64,000 nt of DNA, taken from the NCBI GenBank assembly GCA_025363655.1, contig JANYDK010000081.1, forward strand, positions 29,132-93,131. The letters are read 5' to 3'. Under the pieces are notes generated by a model. The model was not told the origin of the DNA. It did not search any database and saw only the letters and a program-made list of their open reading frames with translations. Below, piece after piece: positions 48,054 through 56,908 of the stretch. Each line of letters starts with the position of its first letter. Position 1 is the stretch's first letter. The DNA is from Deltaproteobacteria bacterium (GTDB lineage: Bacteria > Myxococcota_A > Polyangia > Polyangiales > JADJMO01). The translations under genes and the position numbers were made by a program.

Positions 48054-50370
48054 ACACCGGCGAGGTGTCGTCGTCGGTCTTGCACTCGTGCCACACGTGG
48101 ACGACGGGGGTCTCGTCGTCGACGATGCCGAAGACGCCGAGCGAACCGCTGCGGAACTCGCTCGGCGCGTCCCATTTGATCTCGAGGATCTCGAAGCCAC
48201 CAGGTGCGATCGCGCCGGTCGTCGTCGCCTTGCCGATCTTCGTCTTCGTCGTCGGATCGCCGCTGTAGAAGCCGACGACGACGCCCGCCGGGAGCGTGGC
48301 CTGCCCGACGTTGCGGACCTTGGCGCGGACCGTCGCCGGCGTGGTGCACGAGGCGTCGACCTCGACGACGGCGTTCGGCGCGTCGAAGAGCCCCTTCGGC
48401 TGGACGTTCTGTCGGAAGTCGTTGAGACCCTTCGAAGTCCAGTTGGTGACTTCCTTCCGAGGGATGCTCGCGTCGTCGTTGACGTTGGTGACGTGGTACG
48501 TGTGCTGGTTCCAGATGCGGCGTGTGCGCACCCAGTTGCCGCCCTTCGAGCCGATGACGCGGAAGCCAGTCGGGCCAGTGCTGGCGCCGAGACCCGCGCC
48601 GCAGCCCCACCACATGTCATTCGCAACGACCACGATTTCGGCCTGATCGTCGCCGTCGACGTCGGCGATGACGGGGTACTCCCAGAGCGTGCCGCTCGGA
48701 TTGCAGAGGGCGATCTCTTCGGTGCCGGTGGTGCCATCGTAGACGTGGAGGTTGCGCTCGTCGGCGTAGGCGACCTCTGCCTTGCCGTTGCCGTCGAAGT
48801 CGAAGACCGAGCTGCCGGTGACGCGCGAGCTGTGATCGGTCGTCGCCTTCGACCACTTCACCTTGCCGGTCGCGCCATCGAAGACGTTGTACGTGTAGCC
48901 ACCGGCCATCGCGATGTCGGGTTTGCCATCACCATCGAAGTCCGCGATCGTCGGCGGTCCGCCGCCGGTCTCCGTCTCGCCGCCCATGTTGGTGTCGATC
49001 GGTCCCCAAATCGTGCGACCGGTGCGGGCGTCGAGGGCGCGGATGGTGTGTGACCCTTGCTCGAGCGAGCTCACCGAGACGATCTCGGGCGCGCCGCCGG
49101 TCTTGAGATCGAGATCGGCGATCGCCACGTAGCCGTCGGGGAGCGCCGGCGAGAAGGTGGCGCCATCCCAGAGCACCGAGAATTTCCCGGCCCCGTCGTT
49201 GGCGTAGACGATGTTGCCGCCGACGATGTCGAGATCGCCGTCCATGTCGACGTCGGCGAACGTCGAGTAGTCGGCGGTCGGATAGGCGTACGTCGAGGTG
49301 CGACCCGTGAAGCGCGCCTTGTGCGTCTTGGCGTCGATCACCGTGTAGCGAACGAGGAGCTCGGGCGTTCCGTCGGCGTCGACGTCGCCGAGCTGCGGTC
49401 CACCGTAGTTGCAGCCGACGGCCGCGTCGGTGGTCCAGAGCACCTTCCCCTTGGCGGAGAAGACCATCAGCTTGTTGGTGCCGGTCTGGCACGTCGCGAC
49501 CTCGGGACCAGGGCTGGTGGCGTCGATTTCCCCGAGCGCGATCGAGGCACCCGGAACCGTGCGCGCCGCCGCGTCGGTCGCGTCCCACAACGTCTTTCCT
49601 TTGCCGGTGACCGCGCGAAGGATGCCATCGGTACCGTAGGCCGCGCCGGTGTACGTGTTGAAGACGATCGTCGGCGTGTCGCGCTCGTCGTACTTGCCGT
49701 CGCAGTTGTCGTCGGTGAGCGGACCTACGACGACCGCTGACATAATTTGGTTATATGTTGGCGCGACGACGGTGCCGCTCGGCCAGCCCCACTCGGTCAC
49801 CGGATCGAATTTGCCGGTCGGCGGGTGGTATTCGCAGGCTGCGGTGCAGCCCGTCGAGGGGTCGACGCCGGGCGCGCACGTCGGGGGCCTCGGAACGCAT
49901 CGACCGTAGGTGCCGGTGCTGCCCGCGTCGCCGCAGCCTGGACCGGCGTCGCCGCCGGTGCCGCCGAGCGATGGATCGCACGTCTCGCCGTCGGCGCAGT
50001 CGTCGACCGAGTGGCAGACTGCGCCGGGGGTGATGCACTTGAGCGCATAGCAAACCTGTCCGCCGCCGCAGCAGACGCCGCCACACGCCGACGCCGCCGG
50101 CTCACAGCAGCCTCCGGTCGTGTTGCAGATGCCGGACGTTCCGCATGTCGCGCCAGGGCTGCAGCCTCCGACGTCGAAGCCGGTGTTGGTGTCGGTCCCG
50201 CCGCCGCCGTCTCCCGGGTCGATGAACGTGTCCGCACCCGTCCCGCTGTCGAGAGGCTCGTCGCCGCCACCCCCGGAGGAGCCGCAGGCGAGCATGAACG
50301 TGGGAAGCGCGAGGGAAGCGAGGAAGAGAGAGGCGCGAGAGACCCGAGCCAAGGTGACCAAGCGACGCAT
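48031..50370 (-). CDS. FG-GAP/VCBS repeat lipoprotein
   Basis: ATG 50370 (MRRLVTLARVSRASLFLASLALPTFMLA|C). Gly/Cys-rich stalk. Repeated Ca-binding loops DVDADGTPE, DVDMDGDLD, DFDGDGKPD, DFDGNGKAE, DVDGDDQAE. Confidence 0.8.
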   Translation of the reverse strand: MRRLVTLARVSRASLFLASLALPTFMLACGSSGGGGDEPLDSGTGADTFIDPGDGGGGTDTNTGFDVGGCSPGATCGTSGICNTTGGCCEPAASACGGVCCGGGQVCYALKCITPGAVCHSVDDCADGETCDPSLGGTGGDAGPGCGDAGSTGTYGRCVPRPPTCAPGVDPSTGCTAACEYHPPTGKFDPVTEWGWPSGTVVAPTYNQIMSAVVVGPLTDDNCDGKYDERDTPTIVFNTYTGAAYGTDGILRAVTGKGKTLWDATDAAARTVPGASIALGEIDATSPGPEVATCQTGTNKLMVFSAKGKVLWTTDAAVGCNYGGPQLGDVDADGTPELLVRYTVIDAKTHKARFTGRTSTYAYPTADYSTFADVDMDGDLDIVGGNIVYANDGAGKFSVLWDGATFSPALPDGYVAIADLDLKTGGAPEIVSVSSLEQGSHTIRALDARTGRTIWGPIDTNMGGETETGGGPPTIADFDGDGKPDIAMAGGYTYNVFDGATGKVKWSKATTDHSSRVTGSSVFDFDGNGKAEVAYADERNLHVYDGTTGTEEIALCNPSGTLWEYPVIADVDGDDQAEIVVVANDMWWGCGAGLGASTGPTGFRVIGSKGGNWVRTRRIWNQHTYHVTNVNDDASIPRKEVTNWTSKGLNDFRQNVQPKGLFDAPNAVVEVDASCTTPATVRAKVRNVGQATLPAGVVVGFYSGDPTTKTKIGKATTTGAIAPGGFEILEIKWDAPSEFRSGSLGVFGIVDDETPVVHVWHECKTDDDTSPVFKAKCTG

Positions 50371-50476
50371 GCTCACAGTGGAGCACCTCGCGTGCCGAGT
50401 CCAAAGACACGAGATTTTTCGGATGCCACGGCACGCCAGCCGTCATGCCCGAGTGACACTCGTCACGTGATCCAGA

Positions 50477-52537
50477 TCACTCGTCGCCAGCCATCAACTG
50501 CTTCATCAGCTCTTCCACGTCCTTCGGATCGAGGTTCGGTAGCCCGTCGTCGCCTCCCAGCCCGAGGCCTCCCCCACCCTTGCCGTCGTCGTCGCCGAGG
50601 AGGTTTTGCAGAAGGCCGTGATCGCCGAGAAGAAGATCTTCGACGAGCTTCTTCATCGTCGGATCGATGTCTTTGGCGTCGATGCCGAGCATCGGGCCGA
50701 CGAGCTCGAAGAGGTCGAGCTTGCCGAGGTCTTCGTCGCCGTGAGCTTCGTCGAGCCATCGCTTGGCGAGCGCGCGCACCTTCGTCGCCTTGGTGGGATC
50801 GCCAGGAACGGCAGCAGCGAACGTATCGATGAGCGCACGAGGTGGCGCGAGGCGAAGTCGGTACGTGTCGACGTAGGTGCGCATGGCCGAGAAGAACGCG
50901 GCGTCGCCGAGCTCTTTGCGCATCGCCGACCATAGATACGGCGCCTTGCCGTAGACGAGGCCGGCGTAGGTGACCATGTCGCCGAAATCGGAGGCGGGGC
51001 GATCGACGGGAGCGTCTTTCTTTCCCATCAAACGCAGCGCTTGGAAGTTCATCGCGACGTTGAGATCGCCGTCTTTTTTCGCGCGTTCGACGCCGTAGCG
51101 ATCTTCGAGGTAGAGCATCGCGGTCCACTGCGCGAGGCTCTCGTCGAGGTACGGATGGAGGCGTGAGTCGCTGCCGACGAGGCCGTGCCAATACTGGTGC
51201 GCGACCTCGTGCGCGGTGACGAACTCGAGCATCGTGTTCATCATGCCGTCCATCATGCCGTCCGCGCCGCCGCCACCGGGCGCCTTCGGCAAGAGACCGC
51301 CGAGCATGCCGCCGAGTCCGCTGTCGGGGAGCGGGGGCCGATAGAACATGCTCGCGATGGTGACGAGGCCCGCGAACTCGACGCCGCCGGCGCCGCCGAT
51401 GAGAGGGGCTTCGACGACGTCGAGATCGGCGTAAGGATAGGGCCCGAAGCGTTTTTCGTAGTCTTCGAGCGCCCACTTCGCGGTGTCGAGGACCTTGCTG
51501 CCGGCCTTCTTCTCTTTCGTGAGATAGAACGCGCGCACCTCGACGTCGCCGACGGTGGCGGACTCGATGGCGAAGTCGGCGCTGGCGACGAGCGCGAAAT
51601 CGCGGACCAGCGCGGCGTCGACCTCGACCAACTTCTTGCCGGCGACGGCCTTGTCGGAGACGGTGACGCCGCTGGTGACGACGGTGGTTCCTGCCGGCAC
51701 TTCGATGCGCGCGTGGACGTTGGCCATCTCGTCGGAGCCGAGGTCGCCGATGGCGCTCTCGTCGGTTTTCTCCCAGACGTCGTCGCGACGTCGCGCGAGG
51801 ACGGCGTAGAAGTTCGCCATCGAGGAGATGCCGTCACCTTGCGCTAGAAGGCCATAATTTCCAGCCGATTCGCCGCCGCCGAGCATGGTGAGGGACTCGA
51901 GGGTCTGGGCGAAGACGTTGGTGCGCGAGTCGTCGATTTCATCGAGCGTGCCGCTCAGATCGAGCTGGATGCGGAGGTGACCGCCGGGAGCGACGGGCGA
52001 GACGGGGCGAACGACGATGGTGCTGAGGCCATCCATCGCTACGGTGCAGGTGCTGCCGGTGCACGTGCCTTTGCTCAGCGAGACGAGCGGCTTGCCCTTC
52101 TTCGCGGCGCCGCCCTCGCTGCTGTTGGCGTAGATGCGCAAGACGACTTCGCTGAGCGGCTTACTTTCGCGGTTGGTGAACCAGATCTCTTCGCCGAGGC
52201 GAAAGGTGCGCTTGTCGGTGTCGAGGCTGAGCGAGAGATCGTAAAGAGGGAGCTCGCTCAGCGAACCGACGCCGACGGCTTTTTCGATGCCGATGCGCGC
52301 CGCCGGACGCAGCGAAGCTTGCAACGGTTTGTCGTCGTACCAACCGGAGCCGGGCGAGCCAGGCGAACCCTTGGTCTGCGCCTGCGACTTCTTGCAGCCC
52401 GCCGCGCCACCGAGCGCGAGCGCGAGGAAAGCGAGCGGACCGAGCCGGGAGGCGAGATCCAGCGAGCGGCCAAAGTTGCGAAGCAAGCTTTGGCGTGACG
52501 AGGACAGCGTGCCGCTCAGCGCTCGATGTACCCGCAT
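50477..52537 (-). CDS. M1-family (gluzincin) metallopeptidase lipoprotein
   Basis: HEVAH-x18-E zinc motif. Lipobox LALALGGAAG|C. The start is ambiguous (ATG 52573, ATG 52537 or in-frame TTG 52486). The track ORF to 53743 is antisense to a real gene. Confidence 0.85.
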   Translation of the reverse strand: MRVHRALSGTLSSSRQSLLRNFGRSLDLASRLGPLAFLALALGGAAGCKKSQAQTKGSPGSPGSGWYDDKPLQASLRPAARIGIEKAVGVGSLSELPLYDLSLSLDTDKRTFRLGEEIWFTNRESKPLSEVVLRIYANSSEGGAAKKGKPLVSLSKGTCTGSTCTVAMDGLSTIVVRPVSPVAPGGHLRIQLDLSGTLDEIDDSRTNVFAQTLESLTMLGGGESAGNYGLLAQGDGISSMANFYAVLARRRDDVWEKTDESAIGDLGSDEMANVHARIEVPAGTTVVTSGVTVSDKAVAGKKLVEVDAALVRDFALVASADFAIESATVGDVEVRAFYLTKEKKAGSKVLDTAKWALEDYEKRFGPYPYADLDVVEAPLIGGAGGVEFAGLVTIASMFYRPPLPDSGLGGMLGGLLPKAPGGGGADGMMDGMMNTMLEFVTAHEVAHQYWHGLVGSDSRLHPYLDESLAQWTAMLYLEDRYGVERAKKDGDLNVAMNFQALRLMGKKDAPVDRPASDFGDMVTYAGLVYGKAPYLWSAMRKELGDAAFFSAMRTYVDTYRLRLAPPRALIDTFAAAVPGDPTKATKVRALAKRWLDEAHGDEDLGKLDLFELVGPMLGIDAKDIDPTMKKLVEDLLLGDHGLLQNLLGDDDGKGGGGLGLGGDDGLPNLDPKDVEELMKQLMAGDE
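52468..52495. promoter_or_regulatory. 28-nt imperfect palindrome, copy B (identical to copy A)
   Basis: GGCCAAAGTTGCGAAGCAAGCTTTGGCG. It lies immediately 5' of the codons for the M1 peptidase signal peptide. Confidence 0.5.
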
Positions 52538-52723
52538 GCGACGGAGTGTAGCCACGCGCGCCGGTTCGGCCATGTGCGCCTCCCTATCTCTGGCAAATAC
52601 GGTTTCGCCGCGCGGATCGACGAAGCGCGGCCGCGGCACATTCAGTCGACCGTGGCCAAGCGATCGATCGAGGCTCGGAAAACTTGCGCCCCCGTCGTTT
52701 GGCGGAAAGATCGTAGTCCTCTC

Positions 52724-53986
52724 GTGGCTCCGACCCGTCGCGAATTCCTCACCGCAGCGAGCGCGTTCGCCGCCACCTTCGGCGTACGGCGTTCGTTCGC
52801 CGACGAGCTCAGCCATCCGGTCGAGCCGCCCGAGGCGTTGACCTTCAAGATGATGGAGTTCGAGCACACGCCCATGTACGGCGGACAGTCGCTCGCCGTC
52901 GCCGCGGTGCCGAAAGGGCTTCGTCCCGACGAGCGTCTGCCGCTGGTGGTGCTGCTCCCGGGCGGTCACCACAACATGCAGGGCTTTCGCACCGGCGTCT
53001 GGGGTTGGTGGTCGGAGTACATGCTCGGCGACACCGACACCGCGATGCGTCGCGGCAACCTCGGTCCGAAGAATTGGGCCGATCTCGGACGTCCGGAGGA
53101 GATCGCCGAGGTCAATCGCCTCTTGGTGCAGAAGCCGTATCGCGGGCTCGTCTTCGTCACGCCTTGGGTGGTCGGTCGGCAGCTCGATCCGGCGCCGCAC
53201 GGGACGATGGTCGCCGACTTCCTCCGCATCGTCGTCGCCCGCGCGCGCGCCGAATTGCCGGTGATTCCCGCGCGCGACGCGACGGGGCTCGGCGGCATGT
53301 CGAGCGGCGGCCTGTGGGCGATTTACTCCGGCTCGCTCTGCAGCGACCTCTTCGGCACGCTGGTGGCGACGCAGCCGTACACCGAAGATCTGGTGCCGCC
53401 GCTCCGCGCCATCGTCAACGCACGCAAGCAGCCGCAACGCCTGCGGATGATCTCGAGCGTCGACGATCACCAGAAGAAGACCACGCTCGCCCTCTCGAAC
53501 GCGCTCCACGGGGACGGGATCGATCACGAGTATTACGAATACAAAGGAGCCCACAGCGCCGAGTTCGCCTTCGGGCCCGGTGGCATCGACGCGCTCCTCC
53601 AGTTCGATCGAAGGCTGCGCGGGGAAGAGCTCGATGGCTCGAGGCCGCTCCCTGATCGCGACGGGCTCGCCGGCGATCTCGCGCTCGGCGACGATCGCGC
53701 GCGCGCTCCATTCGAGCCGCCGGTCGAGACCAAGGCTCCGCAAGGGCTCCTCACCGGCGTCGCCATCGGAGCCGCCGCGGCCTCGGTCGTCGCCACCGTC
53801 GCCGTCGGCACGCGCCTGCGCTCGCGAGGGTCCGAGACGAAATCACCACGAATTCCTGGTCCGCACGCGATCGCGACGCCGGTCATCACGCCGGTGATTC
53901 CGCCCGTGATCACGCCGGTCACCACGCCCGTCACCTCCAACGGTGTCGACCTCGAGCTCGACATCGAGGTCGCGGGGGAAGAATGA
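52724..53986 (+). CDS. Tat-signal esterase-family protein with C-terminal TM anchor (paralog 1)
   Basis: GTG 52724 is proposed as the start (VAPTRREFLTAASAFAATFG, twin-arginine motif). Blocks PLVVLLPGGH and GLGGMSSG (GxSxG). TM GVAIGAAAASVVATVAVG, then a PVITPVIPPVITPVTTPV tail. The start is uncertain. Confidence 0.7.
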   Translation: MAPTRREFLTAASAFAATFGVRRSFADELSHPVEPPEALTFKMMEFEHTPMYGGQSLAVAAVPKGLRPDERLPLVVLLPGGHHNMQGFRTGVWGWWSEYMLGDTDTAMRRGNLGPKNWADLGRPEEIAEVNRLLVQKPYRGLVFVTPWVVGRQLDPAPHGTMVADFLRIVVARARAELPVIPARDATGLGGMSSGGLWAIYSGSLCSDLFGTLVATQPYTEDLVPPLRAIVNARKQPQRLRMISSVDDHQKKTTLALSNALHGDGIDHEYYEYKGAHSAEFAFGPGGIDALLQFDRRLRGEELDGSRPLPDRDGLAGDLALGDDRARAPFEPPVETKAPQGLLTGVAIGAAAASVVATVAVGTRLRSRGSETKSPRIPGPHAIATPVITPVIPPVITPVTTPVTSNGVDLELDIEVAGEE

Positions 53987-55158
53987 CGAGCACGCGACGT
54001 CGTTTCTTCCTCGAGAGCGCGAGCGCGATCGCCGCCTTCTCCGCGCTTCGAAATGCGCGCGCCTATGGCTACGACGGGGAGCTCGGTCATCCGGTGCCTC
54101 CGCCGCCGTCGCTCGACTTCAAGGTTCTCTCGTTCGAAACGACGCCCCTCAAAGGCAAACCCTCGACCGCCGTCGTCGGGATCCCCAAAGACATTCCCGC
54201 CGGCACCAAGCTGCCGCTCGTCGTGCTCCTCCCGGGCGGTCACAGCAATTGGCAACCGCACGACGCCGGTTGTTGGTGCTGGTGGAGCGAGTACGACCTC
54301 GGCGGCTGCGAGACGGCGCTCCGTCGCGGCACGCTCGACGCGAAAGACTTCCAAGACTGGGCTCGCCCCGAAGAGCTCGTGACCTTCAACGCCAACCTCG
54401 CGAAGAAGCCGTACCAAGGCGTGATCGTCGCCACCGCCTGGTGCCTCACGCGCGACTACGTGCTCGAGGCCAACGGCAAGATGAACTCCGAATGGCTCCA
54501 CCAACTGGTCGAGCGCTGCCGCATCGAGCTCCCGGTGATTCCCACGCGCGAAGCCACGGGCCTCGGCGGCATGTCGTCGGGCGCGCTCTGGGCGCTCTAT
54601 TGCGGCGCCCAATGCGAGGACATCTTCGGCGCCGTCGACGCCTGCCAACCGTACACGCGCGACCTCGTCCAAGTCCTTCGCCGCGCGGTGAATGCACGAA
54701 AGACCGACCAGAAACTCCGCATCATCGGCGCCACGGAAGACCGTTTGCGCATCCCGACGAACGAGCTGGTCTCCGCCCTCAGAACGGACGGCGTGCCCTT
54801 CGAGTATTACGAGTACCTCGGTCAACACAATCAACGTTTTGCCGCAGGTCCAGGCGGAATCGAGACGTTGTTCCACTTCGACAGAGCGCTGCGTGGGCAA
54901 CGGGATGACGGCACTTCGATCGTGCCGGAAGTCGTTGATGCCGGCGCAGGCGCAGGCGCGGACGCGGGCGCGGGCGCGGGTGCAGGCGCGGATGCAGGCG
55001 CGGGCGGGGATGCAAGCGCGGGCGCAAGCGCGAGCGTTCCTCCTCCTCCTCCTCCCACTCCTCCCAAGAGAAACGTCTGGCTCGGCGTCGGTGCCATCGC
55101 CGCAGCAACCGTCGTCACCGCCACCGCCGTCGGCGTGCTCAAACGGCCCCGCTCGTAG
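53983..55158 (+). CDS. Tat-signal esterase-family protein with C-terminal TM anchor (paralog 2)
   Basis: MTSTRRRFFLESASAIAAFSA, then the same blocks (PLVVLLPGGH, ELPVIPTREATGLGGMSSG, FEYYEY). An (AG/AD)n linker and a poly-Pro stretch are followed by TM WLGVGAIAAATVVTATAVGV. ATGA overlap with paralog 1. Confidence 0.75.
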   Translation: MTSTRRRFFLESASAIAAFSALRNARAYGYDGELGHPVPPPPSLDFKVLSFETTPLKGKPSTAVVGIPKDIPAGTKLPLVVLLPGGHSNWQPHDAGCWCWWSEYDLGGCETALRRGTLDAKDFQDWARPEELVTFNANLAKKPYQGVIVATAWCLTRDYVLEANGKMNSEWLHQLVERCRIELPVIPTREATGLGGMSSGALWALYCGAQCEDIFGAVDACQPYTRDLVQVLRRAVNARKTDQKLRIIGATEDRLRIPTNELVSALRTDGVPFEYYEYLGQHNQRFAAGPGGIETLFHFDRALRGQRDDGTSIVPEVVDAGAGAGADAGAGAGAGADAGAGGDASAGASASVPPPPPPTPPKRNVWLGVGAIAAATVVTATAVGVLKRPRS

Positions 55159-55242
55159 CGCACAAAATGCGCCGGAAACAGCGCCCAAGCCCGCCCCGCG
55201 AAGCGCGAGACCCCGCCGGCCATCGATGATACGAGGGGCCTC

Positions 55243-55884
55243 ATGGGCCTCCAAGATCTGGTTCGCTGGCTGCTCCCGAAGGAAGAACACTTCTACGACT
55301 TCCTCGAGCGTCAGGCAGTCGCGGCGCACGACGGGGCGATGGCGCTGGCCACGTTCAAGACCGAGGGTGCGTCGGCCGAAGCCGTGGCGAAACGCGTGCA
55401 AGAGGTCGAGCACGCGGGAGACGCCATCGTCCACGATCTCGAGGAGGCGCTGGCGAAGACGTTCGTCACGCCGATCGATCGCGAAGATTTGCAGAAGCTC
55501 TCCTCGGAGCTCGACGACATCCTCGATTTGACCAACGGTGCGGCGCGAGCGTCGGTGCTCTTCGGCGTGGCGCGTCCGACGCCGGCGATGAGCACGCTCA
55601 TCGACAAGCTCGTCGAGTGCACGACGGTCCTGAAAGACGCGCTGCCGAACCTGCGCAAGCACGCCTACACCGAACTCGTGAACACCAGTCGCGAGCTGCG
55701 CAAGCTCGAGAAAGAAGCCGACACGGTCTACCGCGAGGCGGTCCGCGTCCTCTTCGCCGATGCGAGCGTCGACGCCAAGGTGCTCCTCCGCGAGAAGGAA
55801 GTGCTGGAAGATCTCGAGAAGGCGATCGACCACTGCGAATACGTGGCCAACACGCTCGCCAACCTCGCGGTCAAGCATGGTTAG
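55243..55884 (+). CDS. DUF47 (PhoU-like, TIGR00153) phosphate-transport accessory protein
   Basis: FYDFLERQA N-terminus and PIDREDL motif. An 8-nt overlap with the downstream Pit gene is the classical pairing. Confidence 0.85.
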   Translation: MGLQDLVRWLLPKEEHFYDFLERQAVAAHDGAMALATFKTEGASAEAVAKRVQEVEHAGDAIVHDLEEALAKTFVTPIDREDLQKLSSELDDILDLTNGAARASVLFGVARPTPAMSTLIDKLVECTTVLKDALPNLRKHAYTELVNTSRELRKLEKEADTVYREAVRVLFADASVDAKVLLREKEVLEDLEKAIDHCEYVANTLANLAVKHG

Positions 55885-56908
55885 CTTGCTCATCGTCGTC
55901 GTCGTGGCGGCCATCGTCTTCGACTTCATCAACGGCTTTCACGACGCCGCCAACGCGATCGCGACCGTCGTCTCCACCGGCGTCTTGCCCGTGCGCACCG
56001 CCGTGCTCATCGCCGGCTTGTTCAATTTCATCGGCGCCGTCACCGGCACCGCCGTCGCCAAGACGATCGCGTCTGGGTTCGCCGATCCGAACGTCGTCAC
56101 CCAGAGCGTCGTCCTCGCCGCGCTCCTCGGGGCGATCATCTGGAACCTCATCACCTGGTGGTACGGCATTCCTTCGAGCTCGTCGCACGCGCTCGTCGGA
56201 GCGCTCGCCGGCGCGGTCGTGGCGCACGCCGGCTTCGGCGCGTTCAAGTGGAAGGCGCTCGCCGAGAAGGTGCTCCTCCCGCTGGTGATCTCGCCGCTCC
56301 TCGGCTTCGTCGTGGCGTTCTCGGTGATGATCGGCCTGACGTGGGCGGTGCGGCGCATGCGACCGCAGACGGTGCACACGGCGTCGCGCAAGATGCAGCT
56401 GGTGTCGGCGTGCATGATGGCGCTCGGACACGGGTCGAACGACGCGCAGAAGTCGATGGGCATCATCACCCTCGCGCTCGGCGCGTTCGTCGCCGCCGGT
56501 CACTCGGGGCTCCCCGGCTGGGTGCTCCCGCAGAAGGCCGATCAAGTGCCGCTTTGGGTCATCTTGGTGTGCGCCGCGGCGATCGCGCTCGGCACCACCG
56601 CCGGCGGGAAGAAGATCATCAAGACCATGGGGTCGAAGATCATCCGCATCTCGCCCTTGCAAGGCTTCGCCGCCGAGACCGCGGGCGCGCTCACCATCTT
56701 CGGCGCCAGCCACTTCGGCGTCCCCGTCTCGACCACCCACTGCATCAACGCCAGCATCATGGGCGTCGGCGCGAGCAAGCGCATCTCGGCGGTGCGCTGG
56801 GGCGTCGCCGGAAACATCCTCGTCGCCTGGGTGCTCACCATCCCGCTCAGTGGCGCCTTCGCCTACGTGACGATGCTCGGTTTGCAGGCGCTGCTCGGCG
56901 GACGCTGA
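55877..56908 (+). CDS. pitA: inorganic phosphate transporter, PiT family
   Basis: FDFINGFHDAANAIATVVST and GHGSNDAQKSMG signature repeats. Trimmed to ATG 55877. Confidence 0.9.
   Translation: MVSLLIVVVVAAIVFDFINGFHDAANAIATVVSTGVLPVRTAVLIAGLFNFIGAVTGTAVAKTIASGFADPNVVTQSVVLAALLGAIIWNLITWWYGIPSSSSHALVGALAGAVVAHAGFGAFKWKALAEKVLLPLVISPLLGFVVAFSVMIGLTWAVRRMRPQTVHTASRKMQLVSACMMALGHGSNDAQKSMGIITLALGAFVAAGHSGLPGWVLPQKADQVPLWVILVCAAAIALGTTAGGKKIIKTMGSKIIRISPLQGFAAETAGALTIFGASHFGVPVSTTHCINASIMGVGASKRISAVRWGVAGNILVAWVLTIPLSGAFAYVTMLGLQALLGGR

Noticed and set aside
50396-50425. GTCCAAAGACACGAGATTTTTCGGATG upstream of the FG-GAP lipoprotein gene, as a possible degenerate fourth motif copy.
   Set aside because: It shares only the outer CCAAAG...TTTCGG ends with copy C. 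The conserved TTGCGAAGCAA core is missing and the arms do not pair well.
52538-53743. The N-terminal 400 aa of the 1088-aa track ORF for the M1 peptidase. Analogous 5' extensions occur at 2467-2988, 6674-7150, 6946-7620, 17787-18743, 32802-32984, 33476-33610, 34957-35427, 35322-35597 and 52526-52723.
   Set aside because: The extensions are antisense to, or out of frame with, well-supported neighbouring genes and are compositionally abnormal. Internal starts give proper signal peptides or family-typical N-termini.
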